A DNA stretch of 59,658 bases, filler included, from 6 parts of 6 records of this genome joined end to end with filler, not necessarily neighbours in it; one strand, 5' to 3'; counted from the first letter of the whole stretch, positions 30,816 to 42,850 are shown. Made by a program: numbers and translations. The notes: generated by a model not told the origin, from the sequence alone.

Positions 30816-32243
30816 TTACGCTGGTTGTTGAACAGCTTTAAGGCTGTGATTCGGAGCAGAAATCGTCTTATATGTGTTGTATGCCATTAAGAACATACCA
30901 AACAAGAAGATGAAACCACCGATGAAACGTACTGTGTAGAATGGGTACGATGCTTGTACTGATTCAACAAAGCTGTAAGTCAACGTACCGTCAGAGTTAA
31001 CTGCACGCCACATCAGACCTTGCATTACACCAGAAATCCACATTGCTACGATATACAGTACAGTACCGATTGTTGCTAACCAGAAGTGAGCGTTAATCAG
31101 ACTAACTGAGTACATACGTTCTTGGTTAAATAGGCGAGGGATCAAGTGGTAAACAGAACCAATCGAAACCATTGCTACCCAGCCCAATGCGCCAGAGTGA
31201 ACGTGACCAATCGTCCAGTCGGTATAGTGGGATAGTGCGTTAACCGTTTTAATCGACATCATTGGTCCTTCAAAGGTAGACATACCGTAGAAAGATAGAG
31301 ATACGATTAGGAAACGTAGGATAGGGTCGTAGCGCAGTTTATGCCATGCACCAGACAGCGTCATGATACCGTTGATCATACCACCCCAAGAAGGAGCGAA
31401 TAGAACCAAAGACATCACCATACCTAACGACTGTGTCCAGTCAGGTAGTGCTGTGTAATGCAAGTGGTGTGGACCTGCCCAGATATAAAGAGAGATCAAT
31501 GCCCAGAAGTGAACAATTGACAAACGGTAAGAGTAAACTGGACGTTCTGCTTGTTTCGGTACAAAGTAATACATCATACCCAAGAAACCAGCTGTCAGTA
31601 GGAAACCTACCGCATTGTGACCATACCACCACTGAACCATCGCATCCACAGCACCTGAATAAATCGAGTATGATTTAGTCATTGAGACTGGGATCGCCAT
31701 ACTGTTCACGATATGTAGAACAGCAACAGTGATAATAAAGGCTCCAAAGAACCAGTTTGCTACATAAATATGAGAGGTTTTACGTTTCACTAGTGTTCCG
31801 AAGAACACGACAGCGTAAGAAACCCATACTAGTGCGATAGCAATATCGATAGGCCATTCTAACTCAGCGTATTCTTTACCAGAGGTTAAACCCAACGGTA
31901 GAGTTATTGCTGCAGAAAGAATGATTGCTTGCCATCCCCAGAAGGTGAATGGAACAAGCGGACCACCAAATAGACGTGTCTGACAAGTACGCTGAACAAC
32001 ATAATAAGATGTTGCAAACAGGGCACTCGTACCAAACGCGAATATAACCGCATTAGTATGCAGTGGACGGAGACGACTATACGTCAGCCACGGCGTATCA
32101 AAGTTTAGCTGTGGCCAAACTAGTTGAGCGGCAATCAAAACACCTACAGCCATTCCGACAATACCCCAGAGAATGGTTACTAAGGTAAATTGACGAACAA
32201 CTGTATAGTTATAGTTTTGTTCAAGCTGCTTTTCTTGGCTCAT
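30816..32243 (-). CDS. ccoN: cbb3 cytochrome c oxidase subunit I
   Basis: [30 protein letters not shown] and [13 protein letters not shown]. Start placed at MSQEK. Confidence 0.97.
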   Translation of the reverse strand: MSQEKQLEQNYNYTVVRQFTLVTILWGIVGMAVGVLIAAQLVWPQLNFDTPWLTYSRLRPLHTNAVIFAFGTSALFATSYYVVQRTCQTRLFGGPLVPFTFWGWQAIILSAAITLPLGLTSGKEYAELEWPIDIAIALVWVSYAVVFFGTLVKRKTSHIYVANWFFGAFIITVAVLHIVNSMAIPVSMTKSYSIYSGAVDAMVQWWYGHNAVGFLLTAGFLGMMYYFVPKQAERPVYSYRLSIVHFWALISLYIWAGPHHLHYTALPDWTQSLGMVMSLVLFAPSWGGMINGIMTLSGAWHKLRYDPILRFLIVSLSFYGMSTFEGPMMSIKTVNALSHYTDWTIGHVHSGALGWVAMVSIGSVYHLIPRLFNQERMYSVSLINAHFWLATIGTVLYIVAMWISGVMQGLMWRAVNSDGTLTYSFVESVQASYPFYTVRFIGGFIFLFGMFLMAYNTYKTISAPNHSLKAVQQPA

Positions 32244-32503
32244 TTTGCATGCTTCCAATGTCTAATTAACTACACTTTTCTTCCAACACGACAAATGTCG
32301 TAATGCCACCCAAATCCACGACGAAATTAAAGTTTTATCAAAACGTTAATAACCATTGCTGACTTTATAAAAAAGTGGCATTTTCAAGCGAGAAAGTATA
32401 CTGCAATTAACAATTCAATGACAGTGTAGTAACCTTACCCTTTATCCGGATTTGCTCTTTTATTTCAAAACTTTGAAGTTTGTTACACGGGGAACGCGTT
32501 CTA

Positions 32504-32860
32504 ATGGCAGCTGAAAAGCTTACAAAACACAGACTTGCTCAAATACTCATCACTTTATGCCTGTTGGTGATCGCCTTTTTTTGGAGAACGCTCACGTATA
32601 CGGACACCGATTCAATTAAATGTGTTGTAAAACCCAATTGTTCTGTAATTGTGAATGGTCAAAAAATAACTGTTACAAAAGATAATAAAAATGGCCAAGT
32701 GCTTACTATTTATCCGGCAAAACCCGAATGGCAATTCGAGTACGATGGTGAAGTGATTACTACAGAGAAATCAACAACACTAGTACCACGTAATAACAAG
32801 TTAAATACACCACAAACACTAGTCATTAATGAATCAGTAAAGATTCATTTTGAACTCTAA
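32504..32860 (+). CDS. Small membrane-anchored hypothetical protein
   Basis: MAAEKLTKHRLAQI followed by a TM helix. ATG 32504 preferred over the upstream TTG. Confidence 0.65.
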   Translation: MAAEKLTKHRLAQILITLCLLVIAFFWRTLTYTDTDSIKCVVKPNCSVIVNGQKITVTKDNKNGQVLTIYPAKPEWQFEYDGEVITTEKSTTLVPRNNKLNTPQTLVINESVKIHFEL

Positions 32861-32969
32861 AATAATGTGTAGTTATTAAGACTTTTGTGAAGATACAAAG
32901 AGAGAGACGTTTTTATCTGCATTATTATCGGGTATAAGGTATAGAATTCACACAGATTATAATTCGCTA

Positions 32970-34163
32970 ATGCGACTGACAACGACTATTTCTACAGAGC
33001 TGGATGCAGGGATTGCGATCCAGAATTTAAAAGCGGCCATCGAACTGGATGGGCTGGCGTGTTTTGTTTGCTACTTTACTCAAGAGTATGCTTTACAGCA
33101 CTTGTCGGTGTTATTTGCCCAACACTTTCCTAATGTACCATTTATTGGCTGCTCCTCATGTCACGGTGTTATGACTGAAACTGGTTACCACCAGGGCCCG
33201 GTACTCGCGGTTTTATCCATTCACGAACCTCACAATAACTCCGCTTACGGCACTGGATTAGTTAGCCTCATCAACTGTTCTGACTATGGTTCAGCTGCGC
33301 AGGCAGCAATCAACCAAGCACTTTTATCGGCAGACAGAGTAGGCGAAGTGCCCGAGCTCGTTATCGTCCATTCCACCTCTGGGCACGAAGAACGATTGAT
33401 CGAAGCAATCGACCAATTATTCGCAACACAGGTACCCATCATCGGTGGAACCGCGGCTGATAATGACATTAGCGGCGAATGGATGGTAATGACTGAAAAT
33501 CAGACCTCCAGTTCCGCATTATCTGTCCTCGTTTGTTTCCCGTCGAAACCCTTAGCTACAGGCTTGAGTATCGGTTATTCACCGACTGAGTTTTCTGGAA
33601 CAATCACTAAAGCAGTCGGTCGGCGTATCTATGAGATTGATAACGATTCGGCAAAAGAAACTTATAAAGAGTGGGTAAGCGATCATTCGGCGATACAGTT
33701 AACCGATGAACACTTATTCGCTTATGTGTCAGAGTTCCCAATAGGAATCGCAGTAGGTAACATCAGTGATCGGCCTTACTTTAAATTGTCGCACCCAGTC
33801 AGAGTGACTTGTGACTCAGCACTAGAGATGTTTGCTGATATGAAGGAAGGAGATCAAATCACGTTAATGACCGGTACTAAAGAGCACCTAATTAACCGCG
33901 CTTCGAGAGTCGTTCGGGAAGCAAATACAAATAACTACAACGAATCATTGTTATTGGGAGCCATCATCATATTCTGTGCAGGTTCAATGTTACGACTTGG
34001 CGATGATATTCATAAAGTTTACGAGCAACTTTTAACTCAAATGAATGGGCAACCTTTTATATGTCCATTTACGTTTGGGGAGCAGGGTAGACTAGTCGGT
34101 GGTGAAAATGCACATGGTAACTTAATGATTTCATCAGCCATTTTCTATGAATCAGAGAGCTAA
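32970..34163 (+). CDS. FIST-domain sensor (NosP/VpsV-like)
   Basis: FIST N and C patterns IGCSSC, PIIGGTAADN, IFCAG, FTFGEQG and HGNL. Coupled to a hybrid kinase. Confidence 0.85.
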   Translation: MRLTTTISTELDAGIAIQNLKAAIELDGLACFVCYFTQEYALQHLSVLFAQHFPNVPFIGCSSCHGVMTETGYHQGPVLAVLSIHEPHNNSAYGTGLVSLINCSDYGSAAQAAINQALLSADRVGEVPELVIVHSTSGHEERLIEAIDQLFATQVPIIGGTAADNDISGEWMVMTENQTSSSALSVLVCFPSKPLATGLSIGYSPTEFSGTITKAVGRRIYEIDNDSAKETYKEWVSDHSAIQLTDEHLFAYVSEFPIGIAVGNISDRPYFKLSHPVRVTCDSALEMFADMKEGDQITLMTGTKEHLINRASRVVREANTNNYNESLLLGAIIIFCAGSMLRLGDDIHKVYEQLLTQMNGQPFICPFTFGEQGRLVGGENAHGNLMISSAIFYESES

Positions 34164-34165
34164 TC

Positions 34166-35881
34166 ATGAAGCAATCGCATATTGATAACTACAATGAAGC
34201 GCTACTGGAATTAGAGCGCAGTAGAGAGCGAGAACACCGATTATCGGAAGAAAACCGCGTGATACTCGCAGCCTTAACCGCCTTGAGTCATGCCGATAAC
34301 AAGTATCAAATTTTTGATGAATTGAAGAAAGTTCTGAGTCGTTACATTCAATTTAATGATTTTATCGTACTGTCAAAAAACAAAGCGAGTAACACCTACA
34401 CCACATATTTAACTTCTAATATTGCTTACTCTGGAAAAGACTGGCTAAACGGCAAGAAATTTCAGCGTGTATTGAATGATGAGTGCATCGTTCTATTTGA
34501 TCCTGTACACCTTGATGAGTTTAAGCACCTTAATCAATTCCTCAAAGACCAAATCAACTCAGCTCTAATTACTGGGATAAAAACTCAAGCTTCAGATTCG
34601 GTGTTATTGCTATTGGGTCGAGAACGAGGCCAGTTTAGCTTAGATACCAAAGCTACCTTAACGAGGTTTAGGCCACTGTTAGAAAGAGCCATCAATGACA
34701 TCGAAAATAAAGAAGAGTTAGAAAAACTGGTAGAGATCAAAACCAAAGAACTGTCGGTGGCACAGCAATTAGCAGAACAGGCAAGTAAGTCAAAATCTCA
34801 ATTTTTGGCAATGATGAGCCACGAATTGAGAACACCACTTAACGCAGTTCTTGGTCTTATTGATGTTTTAAGAGATGACTCTAATCGCCATCAACTCGAG
34901 CTACTAGAGCAGATGGAAAACTCAGCCGAACTGCTGCTAGTCATTATTAATGATGTTCTAGATCTCAGCCGAGTTGAATCAGGTCACTTCAAGTTACAAT
35001 GTCACAATGTAAATCTTAATCACAAACTCAACAATGCTCTTGAATATCATCGTCAAGTTGCTGAAGACAAAGGGATTAACTTTTATGTCGATGTATCGTT
35101 ATGCCCGACAGCAGAATATTGGGTGGACTCTGTCAGACTGACCCAGATTTTGTTTAATGTTGTGGGCAATGCCGTTAAGTTCACTGAAAACGGAATGGTG
35201 ACGGTGTCACTGAAGGATTCGCAATGCAGTTTGTATATCGAAGTTAGCGATACGGGGATTGGAATGGAGAGTGAAAAAGTCGACCAACTTTTTTCTCCAT
35301 TTATTCAGGCGGATTCTTCTCATACCAGAAACTATGGTGGCACCGGATTAGGTTTGACGATTACTAAACATCTCGTAGAACTGATGAAAGGGACAATTTC
35401 AGTCAAAAGTACGTTAAATATGGGAAGTACGTTCTACATTAAAATTCCATTAAAAAACCATGTTGTAGCTGCTAACAACGTGGATGAAGATAAAGGCCTT
35501 AAAACAGACGAACCAAGCAAAACACATAATATTCTTGTCGTAGAAGATACCAAAACAAATCAAATGGTCATTCAGCTAATGCTCAGCCGGTTAGGTTACA
35601 ACGTGGCTTTAGCAGATAATGGGCAAGAAGCCCTGAAACTGGTTTGTAACAACAACGAATTTGACCTCATATTTATGGATATCTCTATGCCTGTGATGGA
35701 TGGCATTGAAGCGACAAAACGTATAAGGGCAAGACAAATAGACATACCAATCATCGCATTAACGGCACATACCATGGAAAACGATAAAGAAGAGTGTTTG
35801 AATGCCGGAATGAACGATTTTGTTTTAAAGCCAATGCGTATCAACGAGATTTCAAACATCATAGAGAAATATGTTTTCTAA
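34166..35881 (+). CDS. Hybrid sensor histidine kinase with receiver domain (VpsS/NahK-like)
   Basis: MSHELRTPLN, NAVKFT, GGTGLGL and receiver LIFMDISMPVMDG. Confidence 0.9.
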   Translation: MKQSHIDNYNEALLELERSREREHRLSEENRVILAALTALSHADNKYQIFDELKKVLSRYIQFNDFIVLSKNKASNTYTTYLTSNIAYSGKDWLNGKKFQRVLNDECIVLFDPVHLDEFKHLNQFLKDQINSALITGIKTQASDSVLLLLGRERGQFSLDTKATLTRFRPLLERAINDIENKEELEKLVEIKTKELSVAQQLAEQASKSKSQFLAMMSHELRTPLNAVLGLIDVLRDDSNRHQLELLEQMENSAELLLVIINDVLDLSRVESGHFKLQCHNVNLNHKLNNALEYHRQVAEDKGINFYVDVSLCPTAEYWVDSVRLTQILFNVVGNAVKFTENGMVTVSLKDSQCSLYIEVSDTGIGMESEKVDQLFSPFIQADSSHTRNYGGTGLGLTITKHLVELMKGTISVKSTLNMGSTFYIKIPLKNHVVAANNVDEDKGLKTDEPSKTHNILVVEDTKTNQMVIQLMLSRLGYNVALADNGQEALKLVCNNNEFDLIFMDISMPVMDGIEATKRIRARQIDIPIIALTAHTMENDKEECLNAGMNDFVLKPMRINEISNIIEKYVF

Positions 35882-35923
35882 TAACTGCATTTTTAATCGA
35901 AGATGATAAATGTAGTTATTAGG

Positions 35924-36023
35924 NNNNNNNNNNNNNNNNNNNNNNNNNNNNNNNNNNNNNNNNNNNNTTAATTAATTAANNNNNNNNNNNNNNNNNNNNN
36001 NNNNNNNNNNNNNNNNNNNNNNN
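35924..36023. other. Artificial contig spacer
   Basis: N44-TTAATTAATTAA-N44. Confidence 0.98.
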
Positions 36024-36848
36024 AAAGCAACCGCCCTGGTCAATGGCAACGTCGACGATAACGGAACCGTCTTTCATGGTTTTAAGCATTTCGCGGGTAA
36101 CCAGTTTGGGTGCTTTAGCACCGGCAACCAGAACTGCACCGACAACAACGTCAGCTTCCTGAACCAGCTCACGCACCAGAGCGGGGCTGCTCATCATGGG
36201 GAAGCAGTTCTTGGGCATGATTTCGGAGAGGTAGCGCAGTCTTTCAAGGTTCATGTCGAGAATAGTTACTTTGGCGCCCAGACCGCAGGCCATCATGGCT
36301 GCGTTGGTACCAACTACACCGCCGCCGATAACAACAACGTTTGCGGGAGTAACACCGGTTACACCGCCCATGAGCATGCCGCGTCCGCCGTAGTAGCGTT
36401 CAAGGTATTTGGCGCCTTCCTGAACTGACATACGTCCGGCTACTTCAGACATAGGGGTCAGCAGGGGCAGGTCGCCTTTGTCGCCTTCAACGGTTTCGTA
36501 CGCGATGGCCACGGATTTGTTCTTGACGAATGCGCGGGTCAGGGGCTCATCAGGAGCAAAGTGGAAGTAAGTGAAAACGATCTGTCCTTCACGGACCATG
36601 TCGTATTCAGAAGCCTGGGGTTCTTTAACGTGCATGACCATTTCACATTCCGCATAGATTTCAGCGGGAGTGTCGATGATTTTTGCACCGGCTGCTACGT
36701 AATCTTCATCGGAAAAACCGCTGCCTACACCGGCGGTTTTTTCAACCCACAGTTCATGACCGTTTGCGATCATGACTTCAACACCGGATGGTGTCATGGA
36801 AACTCTGTTCTCTTCTGCTTTGATTTCTTTCAAGATACCAACTTTCAT
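36024..36848 (-). CDS. ald: Alanine dehydrogenase (3' truncated)
   Basis: KEIKAEENRV, HVKEP, LPLLTPMSEVAGR, GGGVVG and VDVAIDQGGC. ATG 36848 follows an AGGAG RBS. Confidence 0.95.
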
Positions 36849-36943
36849 TTCCACTTCTCCTGATTTGTTTGTTTACGCCCCGCAATCACGACGGGACAGC
36901 TGTTGAAAAATAGAGTCTGAACTCTTGGTTGGTTTTCCCTAAG

Positions 36944-36959
36944 GCAATCCGCATGCCAA
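36944..36959 (-). promoter_or_regulatory. sigma54 -24/-12 promoter of ald
   Basis: Minus strand TTGGCATGCGGATTGC gives GG-N10-GC, next to a GAFTGA activator gene. Confidence 0.85.
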
Positions 36960-37099
36960 AAAAGCTAAGAGTATGGAATTTGATTTTGGTGTGAAGTTAA
37001 AAATTTATGAAAACGCAAGTTTAGGAGAAAAAATTAAATATTGTGCGAATATTCACAAAATAATCACGTGTTGAGAGAGAGTTTAAAGGATGGCGGTTC

Positions 37100-37261
37100 G
37101 GTAATAAAAGTTTCCAGGGGGGAGTGAGGGTTTGTCTTAAGGTCCTTTAATTTATGTGTTTATTTGAGGTGGTAACAAAAGTTTCCGATGAGGGTTTGCC
37201 CGCTAAAATTTGGACTGATTGTTGAAAACATAAGGAGGGATAGCTGGTATAAAAAGTTTCC
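37100..37261. promoter_or_regulatory. Three candidate enhancer (UAS) boxes
   Basis: GGTAATAAAAGTTTCC (37100), GGTAACAAAAGTTTCC (37171) and GGTATAAAAAGTTTCC (37246). Confidence 0.7.
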
Positions 37262-37325
37262 ATAAAGAAATCCCCGTGACTTTTTCAGAGCCTCGGGGAT
37301 GTGTCGAGAATATTTTTGAGCAGGA

Positions 37326-38951
37326 TTAATTGATGGAAGTTGCAGACTTCCACGGGAGGACCTTGTTTTCGCTGCGTAACTGGTGTTTTTCAATTTTTTT
37401 GAGCAGAGCCGTATGGGATATGTTCAGCTTTTTAGCTGCCTTGCGTATGCTTGGCGTGGAGTTGAGAGTTTCAAGGAGTATTTGTGTTTCATATTTGCCG
37501 ACCATGTCTTTCAGAGAAGTGCCGACTTCGAGGGTGGTGGGTATAGCTCTGCACTGCTGGCCGCAATTTGATTGCTGCTTGGAATTCAGAAGGATTGAGT
37601 CTGCTGAAATTTCGTTGGAGTTGCTGAAAATTGAGGCCCGTTCAATTACATTCTGTAGTTCCCGGACATTACCCGGCCAGCTGTATTGCAATAGTTTTTG
37701 CTGTCCTGCTGCACTAATTATCTGCTCCTTCTTTTCCAGTTTGCGGTTGAAGCGGTTCAGGAATTTACCGGCCATGAGTATTATGTCGAAATTTCTTTCA
37801 CGCAAGGGGGGAATCTGGATGTTCAGGACGTTGATGCGGTAAAAAAGGTCTTCGCGGAAATCCCCAGCGGCAACCATGTCATTAAGATTCTTGTTGGTTG
37901 CGGTAATAACCCGGGCGTTGACCGGGATTTCTTCCACCCCGCCAATGCGGCGCACGCAGCCTTCCTGCAAGACGCGCAGGATCTTGGCCTGTGGTCCGGG
38001 GGGCATATCCCCTATCTCGTCAAGAAAAATTGTCCCGTTCTGGGCGGCTTCAAAGAGTCCGGGCTTGCCTTTTTTCTTCGCTCCGGTAAAGGCACCGTCA
38101 ATGTAGCCGAAAAGTTCGCTTTCAATAAGTTGTTCGGGCAGGGCTGCACAGTTGATGGGAATGAAGGGACCGGGTCTGCCGCTTTCAAAGTGGATGGCTC
38201 TGGCGAAAAGTTCTTTACCTGTTCCACTTTCCCCGGTGATGGAGACTATGGTATCCAGTTCGGCAATACGTTTGGCAAAGGTGATCAGGTTCTTGATGGC
38301 CGGGCTTTCGCCGATGAAGTCGTCAAATTTGAAGTCGATTGGGGTCATGACCGCATCCACCATGGCTTTGACTTCCTGTAAGTCCTTCATGAGTAAGACT
38401 GCTCCTACGAAACCTCCTTGTGAGTCGTGGATGGGCTTTGCTGATCCGTAAAAATCCACCCGACCTGTACTGGTTACTGCGGACTTCCGCCTGTTGACTG
38501 GAATCCGTTTTTCCATGCATTCCATGAGCAGATTGTTTTTTGGCGTAATCTCACCGACATAGGTGTTGACGATGCTTTCGTAGGGAGTGTTCAAAATGCG
38601 GCAGGCAACACTGTTTGCGGTATTGATGATGCCTTTGGAGTTTACCGAAACAATACCTTCACTCATGCCGTCAAAAAGGGTGCGGAACCATTTTTCCCTT
38701 TTTTCCTGTGGGAGTCTTTTGAGTTCTGTCTGGCTGTCAATTCCGGGCAGAGTGGAAAAAAGAGCCAGCATTTCTTCCGTATCAAGGGTATGTCCTCCCT
38801 CAATTTCCACTGAAATCTGGGCGAACCCCTCTTTCTGCTCAACCTCCATACTGATAATGTTCAGCTTGTGTTCCAGCATAAATTTGGTGATGTCAAAAAC
38901 GATTCCGATACGGTCCCTAAACAGAAGCTTATACTTTTTGTTTTCAACCAT
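37326..38951 (-). CDS. sigma54-dependent activator, ACT-PAS-AAA+-HTH (TyrR/PhhR-like)
   Basis: ACT DRIGIVFDI, GESGTGKE, ESELFG...GAFTGA, WPGNVREL and a TyrR-like HTH SIRKAAKKLNISHTAL. Confidence 0.92.
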   Translation of the reverse strand: MVENKKYKLLFRDRIGIVFDITKFMLEHKLNIISMEVEQKEGFAQISVEIEGGHTLDTEEMLALFSTLPGIDSQTELKRLPQEKREKWFRTLFDGMSEGIVSVNSKGIINTANSVACRILNTPYESIVNTYVGEITPKNNLLMECMEKRIPVNRRKSAVTSTGRVDFYGSAKPIHDSQGGFVGAVLLMKDLQEVKAMVDAVMTPIDFKFDDFIGESPAIKNLITFAKRIAELDTIVSITGESGTGKELFARAIHFESGRPGPFIPINCAALPEQLIESELFGYIDGAFTGAKKKGKPGLFEAAQNGTIFLDEIGDMPPGPQAKILRVLQEGCVRRIGGVEEIPVNARVITATNKNLNDMVAAGDFREDLFYRINVLNIQIPPLRERNFDIILMAGKFLNRFNRKLEKKEQIISAAGQQKLLQYSWPGNVRELQNVIERASIFSNSNEISADSILLNSKQQSNCGQQCRAIPTTLEVGTSLKDMVGKYETQILLETLNSTPSIRKAAKKLNISHTALLKKIEKHQLRSENKVLPWKSATSIN

Positions 38952-39021
38952 GCGTTCCCCGCTTTGCGTATTGTTTGGGTATGACCGTATCTTTTTGTAA
39001 GTGGAAAGAAAAGGGATAAGT

Positions 39022-39037
39022 GGTAACTTTTTATACC
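39022..39037. promoter_or_regulatory. Fourth copy of the operator box, upstream of the activator gene
   Basis: GGTAACTTTTTATACC is the reverse complement of GGTATAAAAAGTTACC. Confidence 0.65.
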
Positions 39038-39168
39038 GGTATGTTTTAAGTGATATTAATTGCAGGTGATAAATGCGTATGCTTATGATTTGTGGTAATA
39101 TATGTTTCCAATGGGTTTGCTGCTGGGCATAATGAAATGTACTCTCTGAGTAAAACCTGTCTTGTTCA

Positions 39169-42030
39169 TTGTACTTACTGATGCTATTTTCTGTTCAGAC
39201 CGCAAAAGTATCTTGCAAGGGGACAGTTCCATTGAATTTTAAGACTTCGGATAAATATAGCTCTTTTCGTTTTCAGTTATTTTGCGTTCTTTTGTTTTTT
39301 TTCTGGTTCGTAATTCCAAGACCTTGCATTGCTGCCGGAGATTCTCATGCTGATCCTGTTGTTCAGGATAGTTCTCCATTTCCTTTGAAATTAACTTCTG
39401 AAGAAGAGGAGTTCGTCCGCAGTGGCTTGCCGCTTCGGATCAGTGAGGTGGACTGGGAACCCTTGTCCATAATCGATGACGAGGGACAGTTCCGGGGAAT
39501 CATTGCGGATTATATGAATATGATTTCCGAAATGTCCGGTTTGAAATTCGAGTTTGTAGTCAGTGATTCATGGGCTGATGTTCTTCGGAAATATACTGAA
39601 GGTGAGTTGGATATTATTCCGGCCTTGAGCAGTGAGGAAATGGTCGGACGGGAAGTTCTCTTTTCTGACGTATATGTTTCATTCCCGCTGGTAATTGTTA
39701 CCGGAGATGAACACGGCACAGTGCAGGACTTGTCACAGTTGAAAGGCAAAAGGGTCGCTGCCGGACAATCGTACACCAGTTATCACTATATAAAAGATAA
39801 TTTCCCTGAAATCGAACTTGTCGGAACTTCTGATGTGGAGGATGGCCTGCTGCTTCTGACCAAAGGTCAGGTAGATGCTTTTGTGGGGCACCTTGCAGTG
39901 GTTGTCGATAATATGAATATGCTCGGAGTGGAAAACCTCAAAATTGCGGGAACCACCAAGTTTGAGTTTGAGCACCGTATCGGCGTATCGCCGGAGTATC
40001 CCCAGGCCCTGTCGATTATCAATAAAGCGCTTGCTGCCATCAGTGATAATTCACACCGTGAAATACGTAAGAAATGGTTTGACGTACGTTACGAACAGTC
40101 CGTGGACTATAATGAAATCTTACTGCTTTTTGCTTTTATGGCCCTTGCTCTTGCCACGATCATTTTTTGGAACCGCAAACTTTTCAAACTCAATGAGTCA
40201 TTGAATACAGAGGTTGCGCAGCGTCGCCGTATGGAGAAGGCCCACAATATCCTTTATGAAATAGCCATGTCCGTATCTCAGGTTTCAGGCATTGATGAGT
40301 TTTATTCCATCGTGCAGGGGCAGGTTAACCAGCTGATGCATGCGCGAAATTTTTATATCGCTGCCTATGATCGGGAAACAGAGATGATCAGTTTTCCTTA
40401 CTTTTCTGATGAAAAGGAAGCTGCTCCGGCAGCGCGGATAATGGGGGTCGGATTGACTGATTATGTTGTCAAAACCGGAGAGCCTTTGTTCGGAGATTTG
40501 GATACCCGCATGAAACTTCGCGGAGAAGGTGAGTACGGTATTATGGGCCCTGAATGCAATATATGGCTCGGTGTTCCTTTGAAGCTTCAAGGGGATGTTG
40601 TGGGTGTTATGGCTGTCCAGACTTATAGCGAAAGTGAACCCCTTGATAAAAAAGATTTTGAGGTCTTGTTGTTCCTTTCCTCCTATGTGGGGCTAGCTCT
40701 TGAAAGGTTGTATCTCATGGAGCAGGGACGGGAGCAGAATGAGGTTTTGAAGGAAAGGGAGATCAAATATCGATCCATTTTTGATAATGCCAGTGATGCT
40801 ATCTTACTGATGGACCTGAAGTATAATTTCATAAGTGCCAATCCTGAAGCTGTCTCAATGTTTCGCTGTGGTTCTGAGGATGAATTGCTTTCTTATAGGC
40901 CGGAGAATCTTATTTCTTCCAATCAGCTGGATGGAGGGCCTTCTGAAGTTCTGCTCGAAGAGTGGGTCCGGACTACTATTGATTCTGGAGGGTTGGATTT
41001 TGATCTTATCTGCAGGCGCTCTGACGGGGAGGAATTTTTTGCCAGTGTTCGCGCCCGCAAGATGGTTATCAACGGAATTCCTTTGATTCAGGCTACTTTG
41101 AGAGATGTGACTGAGAAACGTCGGAGTAAAGAAGAAATTGAGCGTTCGGTTTCACTTCTGACTGCTACCATTGAGTCCTCTGCTGACGGCATTCTTGCTG
41201 TGGACGGCTACGGACAGGTAGTGGCATGGAATTCGCGATTCTCAAGCATGTGGAGTATCTCAGAACACGTTCTGCAGTCCGGGGTTGTTTCGGATGTGTT
41301 CGGATATATCGCGGCTCAGGTGAGTGAGGGGCATTCTGTTCACGGGCTTTGGGATTATTCCTTGGAGTCAGAGGCCGGGCAGGTCGAGGAACTCATACTC
41401 AGTGACGGCAGAATTGTAGAAAAATATTCGAATCCGCAGCGCATCGGTACCGATATTGTAGGCAGGGTCTGGAGTTTTCGGGATGTGACCAGAAAACGTT
41501 TGAGCGAAAAGGAATTGCGGGATTCCTATCAACGATTGAACGATATTATTGAGTTTTTGCCTGACCCGACGATTGTTATTGATAGCAAAGGGGTTGTGCT
41601 GGCTTGGAACAAAGCGGTTGAAGAAGTTACCGGGGTCAGCAAGCAGGACATGATAGGCAAGGCGGATTATGAATATGCATTGCCGTTTTATGGTGAACGC
41701 AGGCCGATTCTTATTGATTTTGCTCTTAGGGATGACCTTGAACCTCTGACTGACAGATATGAGTCTCTGGAGCGCCGTTCCGGAATGCTTTACGGTGAAG
41801 TCTACACCCCTAGAGTTTTCAATGGTCAGGGAGCATATTTATGGGGCATTGCCGGACCATTGCGCGACCATTCCGGAAAGATCGTCGGTGCTGTTGAGTG
41901 CATGCGGAATGTGACTGAGCGTAGGAGGGTGGAAAAGGAACTTAACCGGGCAAGGTTGGCCGCGGAGGCAGCTACCCGTGCTAAATCTGAATTTCTTGCT
42001 AATATGAGTCACGAAATTCGTACGCCTATG
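39169..42030 (+). CDS. Sensor histidine kinase with periplasmic binding, GAF and 3 PAS domains (partial, start uncertain)
   Basis: PBP2-like DWEPLS...GIIADY, a TM helix, GAF WLGVPL, PAS repeats, ending at H-box FLANMSHEIRTPM. Confidence 0.9.
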
Positions 42031-42130
42031 NNNNNNNNNNNNNNNNNNNNNNNNNNNNNNNNNNNNNNNNNNNNTTAATTAATTAANNNNNNNNNNNNNN
42101 NNNNNNNNNNNNNNNNNNNNNNNNNNNNNN
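42031..42130. other. Artificial contig spacer
   Basis: N44-TTAATTAATTAA-N44. Confidence 0.98.
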
Positions 42131-42850
42131 GAGGGGGGGGGGCAGGTCCGCCTTGCGGGTCGCTTCGGCCAGATTTTTATCGAGGTCGTATGGTTTTAGG
42201 TTCTCCCTTCTGCGGGTCCTGCTTTTGTGGGCCCGCAAACTTTCTTCCTCCTGTTTGGCCATTAAGGCCTTCAGGTCTTGAATTTGCTTTTCGGTATCCC
42301 TTTTGCTTTCCTCTACCTCGGCACTTTCAAATTCCGTATATTCCCGGATCTTTTTGTGCCGTTCAATTCCGCGCTTGGTCTCCACCCTGGCGGAATCCAC
42401 GTCGCCCAGCATCAGATAATTCATGGACTTGACGGTATGTATGTAGACCTTTTCATAATCAGCAAGCTCATATTCCCGGGAACCTTCTCCGAACAGGACG
42501 TCAATAGCGTTTTTTCCGACTTTTCGAGCGCCCAAAAGGGCCTCTTCCTCCCTTTCCGTGTACCGTTCGTATGCCGCTTCCAGGACCTGGTTGCTATTTT
42601 CGAATTGTCCCAGGGCCGAATAGATGCTGCCCAGTTCCAGAAGATAGAGGACGTCTGCGTCTTCATCGATCTTTCCGTTTTCAAAGACCTTGTCTTCAAA
42701 AGTTTTGGGGTCCAGGGGGCCGGTTGTTATGCCACCCATACTTTCTTTGTGATCCCATGCGGCACAACTGAAAAAAAGACACAAAACCGTCAAAGTGAAA
42801 AATGTATAACCGATTGTCCTGGCGAGTGCAGTTATTTCATGTCTTTCCAT
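42131..42850 (-). CDS. COG3014-like TPR lipoprotein (3' truncated)
   Basis: Possible lipobox LFFSC. LYLLELG...SNQVLEAA and YEKVYIHTVKSMNYLMLGDVDSARVE match COG3014-type proteins. Confidence 0.7.

Noticed and set aside
32328-32341. FNR box upstream of ccoN
   Set aside because: Only the ATCAA half-site matches (TAAAG-N4-ATCAA). Too weak to call.
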